Positions 9,479 to 20,081 are shown, numbered from the stretch's first letter. The stretch: DNA of 64,000 nt from Bacteroidota bacterium (GCA_016720655.1 JADKKE010000032.1:182383-246382); one strand, 5' to 3'. Numbers and translations are program-made. Notes: generated by a model from the letters alone, not told the origin.

Positions 9479-9978
9479 GAAAGTAATTTTTCTAAACGTA
9501 ATCGTGTTATTTTGCCTTGTTCAATGGCAGCAATTTGCAATTCTGTTTCCCGTGTATTGTGAATGCGTGCATTCAGAAGTTCGAGCATTTCTTCAGCACT
9601 TTTCCCTGTTGCACAAACGATGAAAATAAATCCAAATTTTTGCTCGTATGCTTCATTGCCACCGGCAAGCTGTTCGAGCGTTTTTTGAGAAGCGGAATTT
9701 ACTGCTGCTTGTTCATTTCCGGCTAGTTTACTGGTACTGGCAAATTTTTGTTCCAGACTTTTCAAATCGCCGATTTTAGGATGATGAGAAAATGCCTCGA
9801 ACCAATCCAGTTCAGTGGTCTCAGACCAGATTGTATCTGCTTTTTGAAATAAATCAGCCGAGCTTTTGAAGGGTGCTGATGCAAGCATTTTATCCACCCA
9901 TGCTGAGGAGCCACAGCATTTCATTAATTCTTCTTTTAACTGATCTTGTGCTAAATAATTGAGTTCTTGTAAATTCAT
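9475..9978 (-). CDS. uraD: OHCU decarboxylase (2-oxo-4-hydroxy-4-carboxy-5-ureidoimidazoline decarboxylase)
   Basis: Conserved CCGSSAW, HP(K)IG and ...LNARIHNTRETELQIAAIEQ motifs. The ORF extends to 10032, but the likely start is the MNLQELN Met at 9978. Confidence 0.85.
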   Translation of the reverse strand: MNLQELNYLAQDQLKEELMKCCGSSAWVDKMLASAPFKSSADLFQKADTIWSETTELDWFEAFSHHPKIGDLKSLEQKFASTSKLAGNEQAAVNSASQKTLEQLAGGNEAYEQKFGFIFIVCATGKSAEEMLELLNARIHNTRETELQIAAIEQGKITRLRLEKLLS

Positions 9979-9988
9979 AATGAGAAAA

Positions 9989-10999
9989 TCAGCGAATTGT
10001 TCCGAATAATCGTAAGCGACTGATACCACCATCCGGATACATGAACAATCGGATGTGTGTTATCCCATCATGGGGTAAAATTTCTTTTTCAAAAATATGT
10101 TCGTGATCCGCAGAAAGTTTTTGCCTGGGAAGAAGTTCGTTCCATGCGAATTTCCCTGACAAAATATTTTTCTCTTCGGCTTTGTAAATCGTGCAGGCTT
10201 CGATCGAACAGGAGTCAGGATAATTTCCTTTGAAATGGCAAGTGTCAACAAGGATTTTTGAAAGAGTCCCGGCATGTGCCAGACGAATAATTACCCAGTC
10301 TTTGTTGTTTGGAGTCCGGTTACGTTTTGTTTCCCAGCCATCACCCATATTTACTCCTCTTCCGGGCATCAGAAGATTGTCCATGTGTGAGAAAAACATA
10401 TCGTTGCATAAAATTGCTTTGGCTCCATTCACTGCCGAAGCAAGGTCAAGGACTTCATCTTTCTTCACAAGCGACCAGTCTTTGTGTACTTCACCATAAA
10501 CTTTTAGTCGTGCAACTCCACCATCGGGATAGATGTGTAGCTTGATGTGAGTAAAAATATCTTCTGAAGAACAAGCATAAAAATTCTGACTTCCGGGATT
10601 CAAAGGAGATTTCACGAGAATTTCTTTCCAGGAAATTTCGGATGCATCAGGATCTTTTCCTGAAGGGATGTTACATGCTTCTATGCTTGCAAAAGGAGGA
10701 TGATTCCCGAGAAAAAAATTCGTGTCGATATCGAATCCACGGATGAGTCCGGGAGTACCCAATTGTATAATACACCAGTCGTGACCTTCTATCCGTTTTC
10801 TTCTGGATTCCCATCCATCCATCCATTTGCCGCGGTCTGTGTATTTATCAGCAATGAAAATTCCTCTACCGGGTTTTATAAGATTTTCTTTTTCCGCGAA
10901 AAAATCATCGGTGCATGCTATAGCTTTTGCGCCAAGTTTCTCGGCCGCTAGATTTATAAGCTGCGTAAATGCAGGAGCATTTAGAATTTCGTTCGTCAT
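9989..10999 (-). CDS. alc: Allantoicase
   Basis: Two allantoicase repeats (DGWESRRKR... and GDGWETKRNR...) in 336 aa. Confidence 0.9.
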   Translation of the reverse strand: MTNEILNAPAFTQLINLAAEKLGAKAIACTDDFFAEKENLIKPGRGIFIADKYTDRGKWMDGWESRRKRIEGHDWCIIQLGTPGLIRGFDIDTNFFLGNHPPFASIEACNIPSGKDPDASEISWKEILVKSPLNPGSQNFYACSSEDIFTHIKLHIYPDGGVARLKVYGEVHKDWSLVKKDEVLDLASAVNGAKAILCNDMFFSHMDNLLMPGRGVNMGDGWETKRNRTPNNKDWVIIRLAHAGTLSKILVDTCHFKGNYPDSCSIEACTIYKAEEKNILSGKFAWNELLPRQKLSADHEHIFEKEILPHDGITHIRLFMYPDGGISRLRLFGTIR

Positions 11000-12351
11000 A
11001 ATTTATTTAAAATCACTTGTCCTGTCGGCGAAGATACTAAGGATCCTTTATCGTACACTTTGATTCCGCGAACAAAAGTTTGTTCGACCAGTCCGCTGAG
11101 CATTTGCCCTTCGTAAGGAGTAATCGGATGGCGGAAACGAATATTGCTTCGTGAAACTTTTAGTTTTTTCTCCGGACTCCAGATCACGACATCCCCATCT
11201 GCACCAATTTCAAAACGTCCTTTGTTTTTTAATCCTAAAAAGTCGGCGACATTCCGACTCATCCAGTTGGATACATCTGCAATTGGAGTTTTATCACGCA
11301 AAGCGACTGTCCAGACGACGGGTAATGAAAATTGAATGGAAGAAATTCCTCCCCAGGCTTCTTTCAAATTCCCGGATTCAATTTCTTTGATTTCCGGAGG
11401 CGCAGGAGAATGATCCGTGACAACAAAATCCAACACGCCATTTTTCAATGCCTGCCATAATTTTGCATTGTTTTCTTTTTCACGAATGGGAGGAGTGCAT
11501 TTGTAACGGGTATCGCCATCGGGAATTGATTCTGCATCAAAGAATAAGTAATGCGGACAAGTTTCTACAGTGAACGGAAGTCCTTTTGTACGTGCGGCTG
11601 CTATCTGTGCAATCGAATCTGAAGAAGAAAGATGAACTACATGCACACGAACTTTTGTTTTCTCACACAATGCAATCAATTCTTTCACAGCCTCATCTTC
11701 CCAAGTACGCGGACGAGAGGCAAGAAAGGCTTTGTACGATTCAGGATCTTCATCAAATGCTTTCAGCCCATTGTGTTTAGTGTCGAGCTCTGCATGAGCA
11801 AGCAAGGGTAGATTGAATTTTTTTAGAATGGCAGCGGATTTTTCAAGATCCTTCAAACTGGTATTCGGAAAATCCTCAATACCGGAATGGGTGAGAAATG
11901 CTTTGAAACCCATGACACCGGCATTTATCAAAGGCTCGAGATTGCTTGTGTCGCCGGAAACAATTCCTCCCCAGAAACCACAATCGACATACAATTTACC
12001 TGCAGCAGCATCGAGTTTTGCTTTCAGGTTTTTCACTGTTGTGGTCACAGGAGTTGAATTGAGAGGCATATCCACTAATGTGGTAATTCCTCCGGAAGCT
12101 GCGGCACGTGTTGCTGTTTCAAATCCTTCCCATTCGGTACGACCGGGCTCGTTGATATGTACATGTGAATCGACAAGTCCGGGCATTACGACCGAGTCTT
12201 TAACTTCTTCAAAAGATAGCGCAGATTTCAGATCTCCTTTTCCTTCTTTTATTTCTACTATTTTTCCTTCGTGGATGTACAATGTTGCATCTTTCATTTC
12301 TCCGTTGAGAAGAATTCTTTTACTATGTATTGCCAGATCTGGAAGTGACAT
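10996..12351 (-). CDS. allB: Allantoinase (cyclic amidohydrolase superfamily)
   Basis: DSHVHINEPGRTEWEGFETATRAAASGGITTLVDMPLNS metal-binding motifs. 451 aa, with a 4-bp overlap onto alc. Confidence 0.85.
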   Translation of the reverse strand: MSLPDLAIHSKRILLNGEMKDATLYIHEGKIVEIKEGKGDLKSALSFEEVKDSVVMPGLVDSHVHINEPGRTEWEGFETATRAAASGGITTLVDMPLNSTPVTTTVKNLKAKLDAAAGKLYVDCGFWGGIVSGDTSNLEPLINAGVMGFKAFLTHSGIEDFPNTSLKDLEKSAAILKKFNLPLLAHAELDTKHNGLKAFDEDPESYKAFLASRPRTWEDEAVKELIALCEKTKVRVHVVHLSSSDSIAQIAAARTKGLPFTVETCPHYLFFDAESIPDGDTRYKCTPPIREKENNAKLWQALKNGVLDFVVTDHSPAPPEIKEIESGNLKEAWGGISSIQFSLPVVWTVALRDKTPIADVSNWMSRNVADFLGLKNKGRFEIGADGDVVIWSPEKKLKVSRSNIRFRHPITPYEGQMLSGLVEQTFVRGIKVYDKGSLVSSPTGQVILNKL

Positions 12352-12425
12352 CGTTGGTTTTCCTTAAAAATTAGAATGATAAAAAAATCAGTAAATCAAA
12401 AATACGGAATTACAGAAAATTAATA

Positions 12426-13745
12426 TTAGTCAGTAATCTTTGCACCCTGATCAATCCAATGACCAATCAGTTCGCGTTCCGGATCAGTTATTCCTGTTTT
12501 ATTTCCCTGAGGCATTGTCTTCGTTTGAACAGCTCTCACCAAAATTCGTTGGGCCATTTTCTGAATTTGTTCAGGTGTATCAAAGACGACACCACCAGGC
12601 GCAATTTTCTGCAAATCATCAGTAGGGCTTGACGAATGACAGCTTATGCAACGGCTCTTAAAGATAGGCTGAACCTCCTTAAAAGAAACCGTCTTGTTGT
12701 ATTTGCTATTCGTTGATACAGGTGCAGTTACGATGATCAAGGCCAGTAAAGCAATCACAGCGAAGGGGATAATCCACGCTGCATGCTGACCTTTTTCATG
12801 CAAATTGATGTAGTGACGAACGGCAACACTTCCAAGTGTCAGCCCGGCAAGTACGGCCCAGTTGAAAGTATTTCCAAATGTTGCCGGGAAATGATTGCTG
12901 ATCATCACGAAGATGACAGGTAATGTCATGTAATTGTTGTGCAGCGAGCGCAGACCTGCATATTTACCCAGGTTTGGATCGAGTGGTTTTCCAAGTTTGG
13001 CTGCTTTCACCATTGCTTTTTGTGCGGGGATGATCACGAAGAAAACATTCCCGGCCATGATTGTCCCAATCAATGCGCCGATATGAATGAATGCAGCACG
13101 GCCACTAAATACATGGCTGAGAAAAAATGAAATCAATGTAAGGATGAAAAATCCAACAAGAGCAAATGTTTTCTTTTTCTGAATCAGTGATGTCCGGCAT
13201 AAAATATCATAGAGAAACCAGCCTCCAATAAGAGTTCCGGATCCGATACAGATGGCTGCTGCTGATGAAATATTCGCTATGGCAGGATCAATAAGGAATG
13301 TTTTCGCATTGAAATAATACACCAGCATTAATAAAATGATTCCAGTAAGCCAGGTAAAATAAGCCTCGTATTTAAACCAATGCAGTTTCTTAGGCAATTC
13401 ACCGGGAGCAATTTTGTATTTCTCAATGTAGTAGAATCCGCCACCATGAATAGCCCATAAATTTCCTGCAAGTTCATCGCGCAGATTTTCTGTCCGGTTC
13501 AAACTGTTTTCCAGAAAAATAAAATAGAAGGAAGCACCGATCCAGGAAATTCCGAGAACAACATGTGCCCAGCGGAAAACAAGATGAATCCAATCCATGA
13601 CATGTGACCCCATGCCATAATAGTTCACCAGAAAATAAATTCCGTATCCGAAAATGATGGTAATCAATACCCAGGCGATGACTCTTCTGAAAAGGGAAAT
13701 TTCCTCGATAGTTTCTTTTATTTCGTCCAGGTCAGATTGATTCAT
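12426..13745 (-). CDS. puuD: Membrane urate hydroxylase PuuD-like (polytopic membrane domain plus C-terminal cytochrome c)
   Basis: About 9 TM segments and a single C-terminal CISCH heme-binding motif. Its position between xdhB and allantoinase fills the urate-oxidation step that is otherwise missing. Confidence 0.55.
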   Translation of the reverse strand: MNQSDLDEIKETIEEISLFRRVIAWVLITIIFGYGIYFLVNYYGMGSHVMDWIHLVFRWAHVVLGISWIGASFYFIFLENSLNRTENLRDELAGNLWAIHGGGFYYIEKYKIAPGELPKKLHWFKYEAYFTWLTGIILLMLVYYFNAKTFLIDPAIANISSAAAICIGSGTLIGGWFLYDILCRTSLIQKKKTFALVGFFILTLISFFLSHVFSGRAAFIHIGALIGTIMAGNVFFVIIPAQKAMVKAAKLGKPLDPNLGKYAGLRSLHNNYMTLPVIFVMISNHFPATFGNTFNWAVLAGLTLGSVAVRHYINLHEKGQHAAWIIPFAVIALLALIIVTAPVSTNSKYNKTVSFKEVQPIFKSRCISCHSSSPTDDLQKIAPGGVVFDTPEQIQKMAQRILVRAVQTKTMPQGNKTGITDPERELIGHWIDQGAKITD

Positions 13746-13778
13746 TGAAGAGAGAAAGGAATGATATTTTTGTCAAAA

Positions 13779-16123
13779 TCAAGATATATTTTGTTTTTTC
13801 CGGATGTCTTCGATGGAAAGAAGAATCACTTCGTTGGTTGCAGGCAAACTAAAATGTGGTTCATATTCGTGGTTTCCTACAGCCGAAATTGCGTCCTTAA
13901 TGGCAAGCCATGAGCTGAAAGCCAGCATCAGTGGCGGCTCCGCAACGGCCTTGCTTTTCCGGATTGCATTCGGGTTCGGTGCATTTTGCAACAACTGAAC
14001 TCTGAAATCTTCCGGGATGTCCTGAACAGAAGGTATTTTGTATGTATCCGGAGAATGATTCAGTAAATTACCTTTTGCATCCCATTTGATTTCTTCTGTC
14101 GTACACCAGCCCAAGCCCTGAATAAAACCACCTTCAACCTGACCAATATCAATTCCGACATTGATCGAATCACCAACATCGTGTAATATGTCTGTGCGAA
14201 GATTTTTTACATAACCGGTAAGCGTATCCACCAGCACTTCACTCACAGCCATTCCAAAGGAGTAATAATTAAATGGTTTTCCCCAGCCTTTTGTTTGTCC
14301 CAACCGATGTTCGGTGTCGCATAGAAACCGGTTGCGCTCAGACTCACTTGTTTTAAATTAGCGAGTAACATTGCTTCAGCAAAATGCATGTTCCGATCGG
14401 GAAAACTGAGATCTGTAATAATGTCATTCTCAATCACGATATCTATTTCCCTCGAAGGAAAGTCAGGATCGATTTTGCTAAATTCATCGCACATGAGTTT
14501 CACAATGCGTTCGCGAAGCTTATCGATCGCATTTTTCACAGCCATTCCGTTCAAATCTGTACCTGCGGATGCTGCTGTAGCAGAAGTGTTCGGAACTTTC
14601 GAAGTATTGGTTGCATTGACTTTAATCCTGTCAAGGCTAACACCCAATTCAGCTGCAGCAATCTGAGCGATTTTGGTGTTCAATCCCTGACCCATTTCCG
14701 TACCGCCGTGATTTACGAGAATGGTTCCGTCTTTATAAATATTAACCAGAGCACCAGCCTGGTTGAGAAAGGTTGTAGTAAAGGAAATTCCAAATTTTAC
14801 AGGCGTAAATGCAAGACCTTTTTTGTAAAACTCATTCTTTGCGTTGAATGTATTGACTTCAGTTCTGCGTTTTGAATATTCAGAAGAAGCAGAAAGTTGA
14901 TCATACAAAACATGCAACCTGTTCAGTTCGACTTCCTGTCCGTAATGGGTGATGTTGTCTTTATCAATTCCGTAAAAATTGGTTTTGCGTACCAATGCAG
15001 CATCAATTTTTAAAAAACGTGCAATCCTGTCGATCACAGCTTCCATTCCGGCCATTCCCTGTGGTCCGCCAAAACCTCTGAAAGCCGTATTGGACGGGAG
15101 ATTGGTACGATAGGCTTTGCCAATCACCTGCATGTTGGGAATGAAATAAGAATTGTCGGCATGCAACATGGCTCGCTCAAGGATTGCCATGCTTAGATCC
15201 GTTGCACATCCGGCATCTGCATTTTGTTCAAACTTCAGTGCTACTATTTTTCCCGATGCATCAAAACCCGCTTCGTATTTGATCAGATAGCGGTGACGTT
15301 TCCCTGTGATTTTCTGGTCATCATCACGAAACAATCGAATGCGTACCGGACGACCTGTTGCATTGGCAAGCAGTGCGGTCCATGCAGCAGTATGATTGGC
15401 TTGTGTTTCTTTTCCACCGAAAGCACCGCCCATGCGACGAATTTCCACAACGACTTCGTTTTTTGGAATACCGAGAACTTCTGCAACAATCGCCTGGGTT
15501 TCGGATGGATGCTGAGTAGATGAATAAATATTCATTTCACGGCCTTCACCGGGTACAGCCAGACAGGATTGTGTTTCAAGGTACCAGTGTTCCTGCGCTC
15601 CTGTTTCCAGTTCGCCCTTGATGGTGTGCGGAGAAGTAGCAAGCGCTGCGTCAGCATCCCCTCTTTGCATCGCGCGGGGAGGAGCAAGCAGTGTTCCTTT
15701 TTCTATAGCAGTGCGAATGTCAAGCACAGGTTCGAGTATTTCGTATTCGATGACAACAAGTCTTGCGGCAGCTCTTGCCAGTTCTTCGTTTTCTGCAGCG
15801 ATCAGTACAATTGCATGACCTACACAGAGCACTTCTTTTTCAGCCAGACAAGGTTCATCGTGAATCACCGGGCCCATTTGATTGTGACCGGGAATGTCTT
15901 TGGCTGTAATCACAGCATATACACCGGGAAGCTTTTTTGCTGCAGAAGTATCAATCGATTTGATGCGTGCATGCGCATGCGGACTATATAAAATATGTCC
16001 ATGCAGGAGTTGCTCATTCACGAGCATATCGTCGATGTATACCGACTCGCCACTTACATGTTTACTTGCGCTATCGTGAGGAATATTTGTCATGAAAGGT
16101 TTAGTACCCAAATGGGCGATCAA
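13779..16123 (-). pseudogene. xdhB: Xanthine dehydrogenase molybdopterin-binding subunit XdhB, interrupted by a 1-nt frameshift in a poly-A run (may be a homopolymer sequencing error)
   Basis: ORFs 14243-16123 (626 aa) and 13779-14303 (174 aa) are consecutive parts of one about 800-aa Mo-cofactor subunit. Adding one A at 14289-14292 yields ...NIGWDKQKGWGKPFNYYSFGMAVSEV, as in intact XdhB. Confidence 0.8.
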
Positions 16124-17562
16124 TGTTGATGGGTTTCATCCCAGAATTTCAATACAAGGTTTCTTGCTGCCAGTCTGCGGAACTCCGCGCCGGATCGGGC
16201 ATCTGAGAGAGGAGTGTATTCTGAATAGACAAACTCACCAGCTTTTTCAGCATTTTCTCTTGTCCATTTTTTACCGATCAGAAATGACTCCGCAGATGTA
16301 GCTCTTTTTGTCTTCTCGGCCATACCACCATAAGCAAGAATGGCCTCTGAGATTTCATCGTTTTTAAATTTCAAACTAAATCCACTGCTGACTGTGGAAA
16401 TATCCAGGTCTTTGCGTTTGGAAACTTTATAAGATGATATTATTGAATCTTTATTCATTTTAGGAATAATGACAGCTGAAATAATTTCATTCCCTTGTTT
16501 CTGTGTCTTTCGGTAACCGATCACAAATTCGTTCATCCGAATTTCTCTTTTGCCACTAAGGCTCTGAAGTTCGATGCGGGCATTGAGCGCCATCAGTACC
16601 GGGAGTGTATCTCCAATTGGAGAAGCGCTACCCAGATTTCCTCCTAATGTGGCCAGCGAACGGATCTGACGGGAGCCAAAAACTGCTAGCATTTTATACA
16701 ATGCAGGAAAAGTGTGCTCAGTATTTTCTTTCACTGCTTCCAGACTCATACCGGAACCGAACACCATTTCATTGCTCTTATCTTGTAATGTTTTCAGTCC
16801 GCTTACTGCCGACAAATCCAAAATTTTCGGCAAGACTTCATGTTTCTTGGTTACGCGTAAAGCCACATCTGTAGCACCTTGTATCAGCAATGCATCCGGA
16901 TGCTCAGAGAGTAATTTCAAAGCTTCCTGTATTGATGTTGGTTGAAAATAGCTTTGCTCAGAGGAAGTATGGGAGAGCGCATTATTTTCCGAATGTATTA
17001 GTTTCAGTTTCTGAATCACCTCATATTCCATTTTTGAAAAATGATCAGTGTTTCCCTGAGCGCAGGCAGAGGAGGCCGCTTCGATGATGGGTCTATAACC
17101 TGTACAACGGCAAAGGTTCCCGGTGAGGGCATCACGGATGTCGTCCTGACTTGCCTGTTTATTTTCTTTAAAGAGCGCAAACAGTGACATCACAAAACCG
17201 GGAGTACAGTAACCGCACTGACTGCCATTTTTATCAACCATTTCCTGCTGAACCGGGTGGAGTTTCTCATCAGCTTTCAGGTTTTCCACTGTGAGCAGTT
17301 GTTTCCCATGCAACATAGGCATGAATACCAAACAGGAATCGATAGCGGTGTATTTCAGTTTGTTTGTTTCCGCGATTTCAGCAATCACAACCGTACAAGC
17401 TCCACAGTCTCCTTCGGCGCAACCTTCCTTGGTTCCTTTGTGATCTGATGAATTCCGGAGATAATTCAACACAGTGGTAGTAGGGTGAATCCCATTTGTG
17501 CCAATGGAAACCCGTTTGATTTCGCCGTCCTGTATAAATACGATTTCTGAGTTTTCCTTCAT
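16120..17562 (-). CDS. xdhA: Xanthine dehydrogenase small subunit (2Fe-2S ferredoxin plus FAD-binding domains)
   Basis: GCAEGDCGACTV, CGYCTPGFVMS and NLCRCTGYRPI iron-sulfur motifs, then an FAD-binding domain (ATLGGNLGSASPIGD). 4-bp overlap with xdhB. Confidence 0.85.
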   Translation of the reverse strand: MKENSEIVFIQDGEIKRVSIGTNGIHPTTTVLNYLRNSSDHKGTKEGCAEGDCGACTVVIAEIAETNKLKYTAIDSCLVFMPMLHGKQLLTVENLKADEKLHPVQQEMVDKNGSQCGYCTPGFVMSLFALFKENKQASQDDIRDALTGNLCRCTGYRPIIEAASSACAQGNTDHFSKMEYEVIQKLKLIHSENNALSHTSSEQSYFQPTSIQEALKLLSEHPDALLIQGATDVALRVTKKHEVLPKILDLSAVSGLKTLQDKSNEMVFGSGMSLEAVKENTEHTFPALYKMLAVFGSRQIRSLATLGGNLGSASPIGDTLPVLMALNARIELQSLSGKREIRMNEFVIGYRKTQKQGNEIISAVIIPKMNKDSIISSYKVSKRKDLDISTVSSGFSLKFKNDEISEAILAYGGMAEKTKRATSAESFLIGKKWTRENAEKAGEFVYSEYTPLSDARSGAEFRRLAARNLVLKFWDETHQH

Positions 17563-17807
17563 AGTTTGGATTGCTTCAAATTTAAGGAAAGAAATGAGAA
17601 CAAATTGATTACAGAAGCGAATCTTTAAAACAAGGTATACATTTATGCTTTACCTTTATTGTATGTTAGCGGTAAGTCAAATTATACATTGCCATATTTT
17701 TAATTTTTGAATTTGTTTTTTCAAACAATGGATTCTCCCAGGCATCAGCCGGATTCAAAGCAGGTGGTGGCTTATTCAATATCAATTCCGCCTTAAAAAG
17801 TGAAGCA

Positions 17808-18260
17808 TTGCCTTCCTGGGAAGCAGGATTTTTTTCGGTGGCGGATATATCGGAACATGTTATTCTTCAACCGGAGATTGACTATTCTGACAAAGGAGGA
17901 AAGGTAACATTTGAAGACACTGTTTGTAATGTCCATCTTCAAAGTGCAAATGTTCGGATACTTGTTTCCTACCTTTTCAACGACAGATTTTCACTCGGTG
18001 CCGGTCCGTATTTTTCATACATGTTCAAAGCCAGTCAGAGTAAAGTGATTGTTCCTAAATCCTGGTATTCTCCTTTTGGAGTTGGTTTCAATGCCGCTGC
18101 ATCCGTCAACGCCGGACTCTGGATTTTTTCTGTTCGTTACGATCAAAGTCTGACACTCCTTACCCGCGACGGGGACGTAGAAATTTCAAAAAGTATTAAT
18201 CCTTTGAAATCCTCACATGTAAGTGGGTTCTCTTTGGTAGTGTGTGTGGGATTTGATTAA
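17808..18260 (+). CDS. Outer-membrane beta-barrel (OMP_b-brl-like) protein fragment. It begins at TTG with no signal peptide and is possibly 5'-truncated
   Basis: Alternating beta-strand pattern with aromatic-rich C-terminal strands. The same frame is open upstream (…AGFKAGGGLFNINSALK) but contains no Met or signal sequence. Confidence 0.3.
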   Translation: MPSWEAGFFSVADISEHVILQPEIDYSDKGGKVTFEDTVCNVHLQSANVRILVSYLFNDRFSLGAGPYFSYMFKASQSKVIVPKSWYSPFGVGFNAAASVNAGLWIFSVRYDQSLTLLTRDGDVEISKSINPLKSSHVSGFSLVVCVGFD

Positions 18261-18261
18261 A

Positions 18262-18390
18262 GGGGGGACGAGGGACGATGGGACGGGGGACGTTAGGCGA
18301 GAGCAATTGGCGGGATTCGAACATTGAACACGGAACCTTGAACACGGAACCCGGAACAACATTAAACCTTGAACTTTGAACCTTGAACTA
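18262..18390. repeat. Low-complexity intergenic repeat block: gggacg four times, gaacacggaac twice, ccttgaac three times
   Basis: gggggacgagggacgatgggacgggggacg...gaacattgaacacggaaccttgaacacggaacccggaac...aaccttgaactttgaaccttgaac. Confidence 0.8.
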
Positions 18391-18453
18391 TTTTTTCAAT
18401 CCATGAACATTATTTCAAAGTAGCATAGGGGTAAATCGTTTCTCAGTTGTCAT

Positions 18454-19071
18454 TTGAATACTAATGCTTTCGTAACTTGGCCCCGGAAAAGTAAAACGGT
18501 GGTCAACGAAGACACAAATATCTTACAGGCCTTAAAAAAAGGAGATGGAAAAGCCTATGAATCCTTATTCAGAAGCTATTACCAGCGACTTTGCAGCTAT
18601 GCCAATACATTATTGAATGACCCCGATGAATCCGAAGAAGTTGTACAACAGGTTTTTATTCAGGTTTGGGAAAGGAGGGAGGCGATGGAAATAAACATTT
18701 CTATTCAGGCCTACCTTTTTAAAGCTGTCCGAAATTCCTGTTTGAATAAATTGAAACACGGAAAAGTGCGGCAAATTTATGCGGAAGAAGTCACAGCTCT
18801 TGCCGGACAATCAGAACCTGCCAGTCAAATTACTTTGCAAAATGAATTGCAGGAACAAATCCATCGCGCCATTGAAAGTCTGCCTGAACAATGCCGGATC
18901 ATTTTCAAATTGAGTCGATTTGATGAACTAAAATACGCAGAGATTGCAGAACACCTTGGCATCTCAATTAAAACAGTAGAAAACCAAATGGGTAAAGCCT
19001 TGAAAGTAATGCGGGAGAAATTGAAGGACTATTTACCCTTACTCATATTTTTAATTTCATCATGCCTCTGA
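18454..19071 (+). CDS. RNA polymerase sigma-70 factor, ECF subfamily
   Basis: Region 2 (VQQVFIQVWERREAM) and region 4 HTH (ISIKTVENQMGKALKVMREKL). The next gene is FecR-like. Confidence 0.85.
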   Translation: MNTNAFVTWPRKSKTVVNEDTNILQALKKGDGKAYESLFRSYYQRLCSYANTLLNDPDESEEVVQQVFIQVWERREAMEINISIQAYLFKAVRNSCLNKLKHGKVRQIYAEEVTALAGQSEPASQITLQNELQEQIHRAIESLPEQCRIIFKLSRFDELKYAEIAEHLGISIKTVENQMGKALKVMREKLKDYLPLLIFLISSCL

Positions 19072-19075
19072 TCGC

Positions 19076-20081
19076 TTGAAAAACAAATTCGAAAATATCG
19101 AAGACCTGATAGCTAAATTCCTTGCAGGAGAAGCTAGTTCTGAGGAAATCCATATCCTTGAGGAGTGGAAGAATCTGCATGCCGATAATCTTCGGGAGTT
19201 TAATCAAATGAAGATGTTATTTACAGAAAGCGCGACATTGAAGCCCTTGCTTTCTGTGAATAGCGACAAAGCCTGGCTTGCAATTCAGCAAGCAATTCAA
19301 CTTGAGAAAGGAAGAGTGGTTCAGCTTCACAAACGAAGCAATTTGCAAACGGCACTAAGAATCGCAGCGATTTTCATTTTTATGGCAATGATTGGTGCGG
19401 TGATATATTTTATGACGAGTCCACTTGCCGGATCGGAACATGAAATTGCAACGGGTGATAGTATACAAAAAAAGTATGTTGCCGGATGGCAGCGAAATTA
19501 CATTTAATAAACACAGTTCAATTCAATATGCTTCAAATGCATATTCAAAAAAACGTGTTGTGAAATTAAAAGGCGAGGCTTTTTTTGACGTGAAACACAA
19601 TGAAACGGTTCCATTTATTGTTGAAGCAGGCGCACTTCAGATTCAGGATATCGGAACAGCTTTCAATGTGAAAGCACAGCAAAATTCCGGAATCATATTT
19701 GTTTCGGTTGTGTCCGGTGAGGTAAAAATAATAACTGCGGAAGATAAATCAATTCTACTTTCTGCCGGAGAAGCAGCATCCTATAATAGCGCAACCATGG
19801 AATTGAAAAAATCCGAAGAGATTGATAGAAACGCCTCTGCTTACAAGGATAAGATATTTATTTTTGAAAATGCAGAGTTAATCCACGTACTGAAAACCCT
19901 GAATGATATTTATTACTCAGACCTTCGAATAGGAGATGATAAAATTAGTTCATGTCGGATAACTGTTTCATTCAACAATGAGAAAATTGAAGATATCGCA
20001 GATGTCATTGCACTGACTTTAGGTCTCTCACTTCAAAAAAGTAATGGAACTATAACTTTTCATGGAGATGCATGCAAGTAA
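19076..20081 (+). pseudogene. FecR-family anti-sigma factor, split by a 1-nt frameshift in an A7 run
   Basis: ORFs 19076-19507 (N-terminal cytoplasmic part plus TM) and 19425-20081 (FecR domain LPDGSEITFNKHSSIQY...LKGEAFFDV...IGTAFNV). Adding one A at 19467-19473 gives ...GDSIQKKSMLPDGSEITF. Confidence 0.75.

Noticed and set aside
14384-15991. Plus-strand ORFs (92-163 aa) within xdhB
   Set aside because: They are antisense shadow ORFs of a strongly conserved molybdopterin subunit gene. Their Cys/Ser-rich products have no family resemblance.
18262-18390. Possible tRNA or small structured RNA in the G/C-rich patch upstream of the ECF sigma gene
   Set aside because: The sequence is made of short direct word repeats (gggacg, gaacacggaac, ccttgaac) with no cloverleaf-compatible arrangement and no conserved tRNA boxes.
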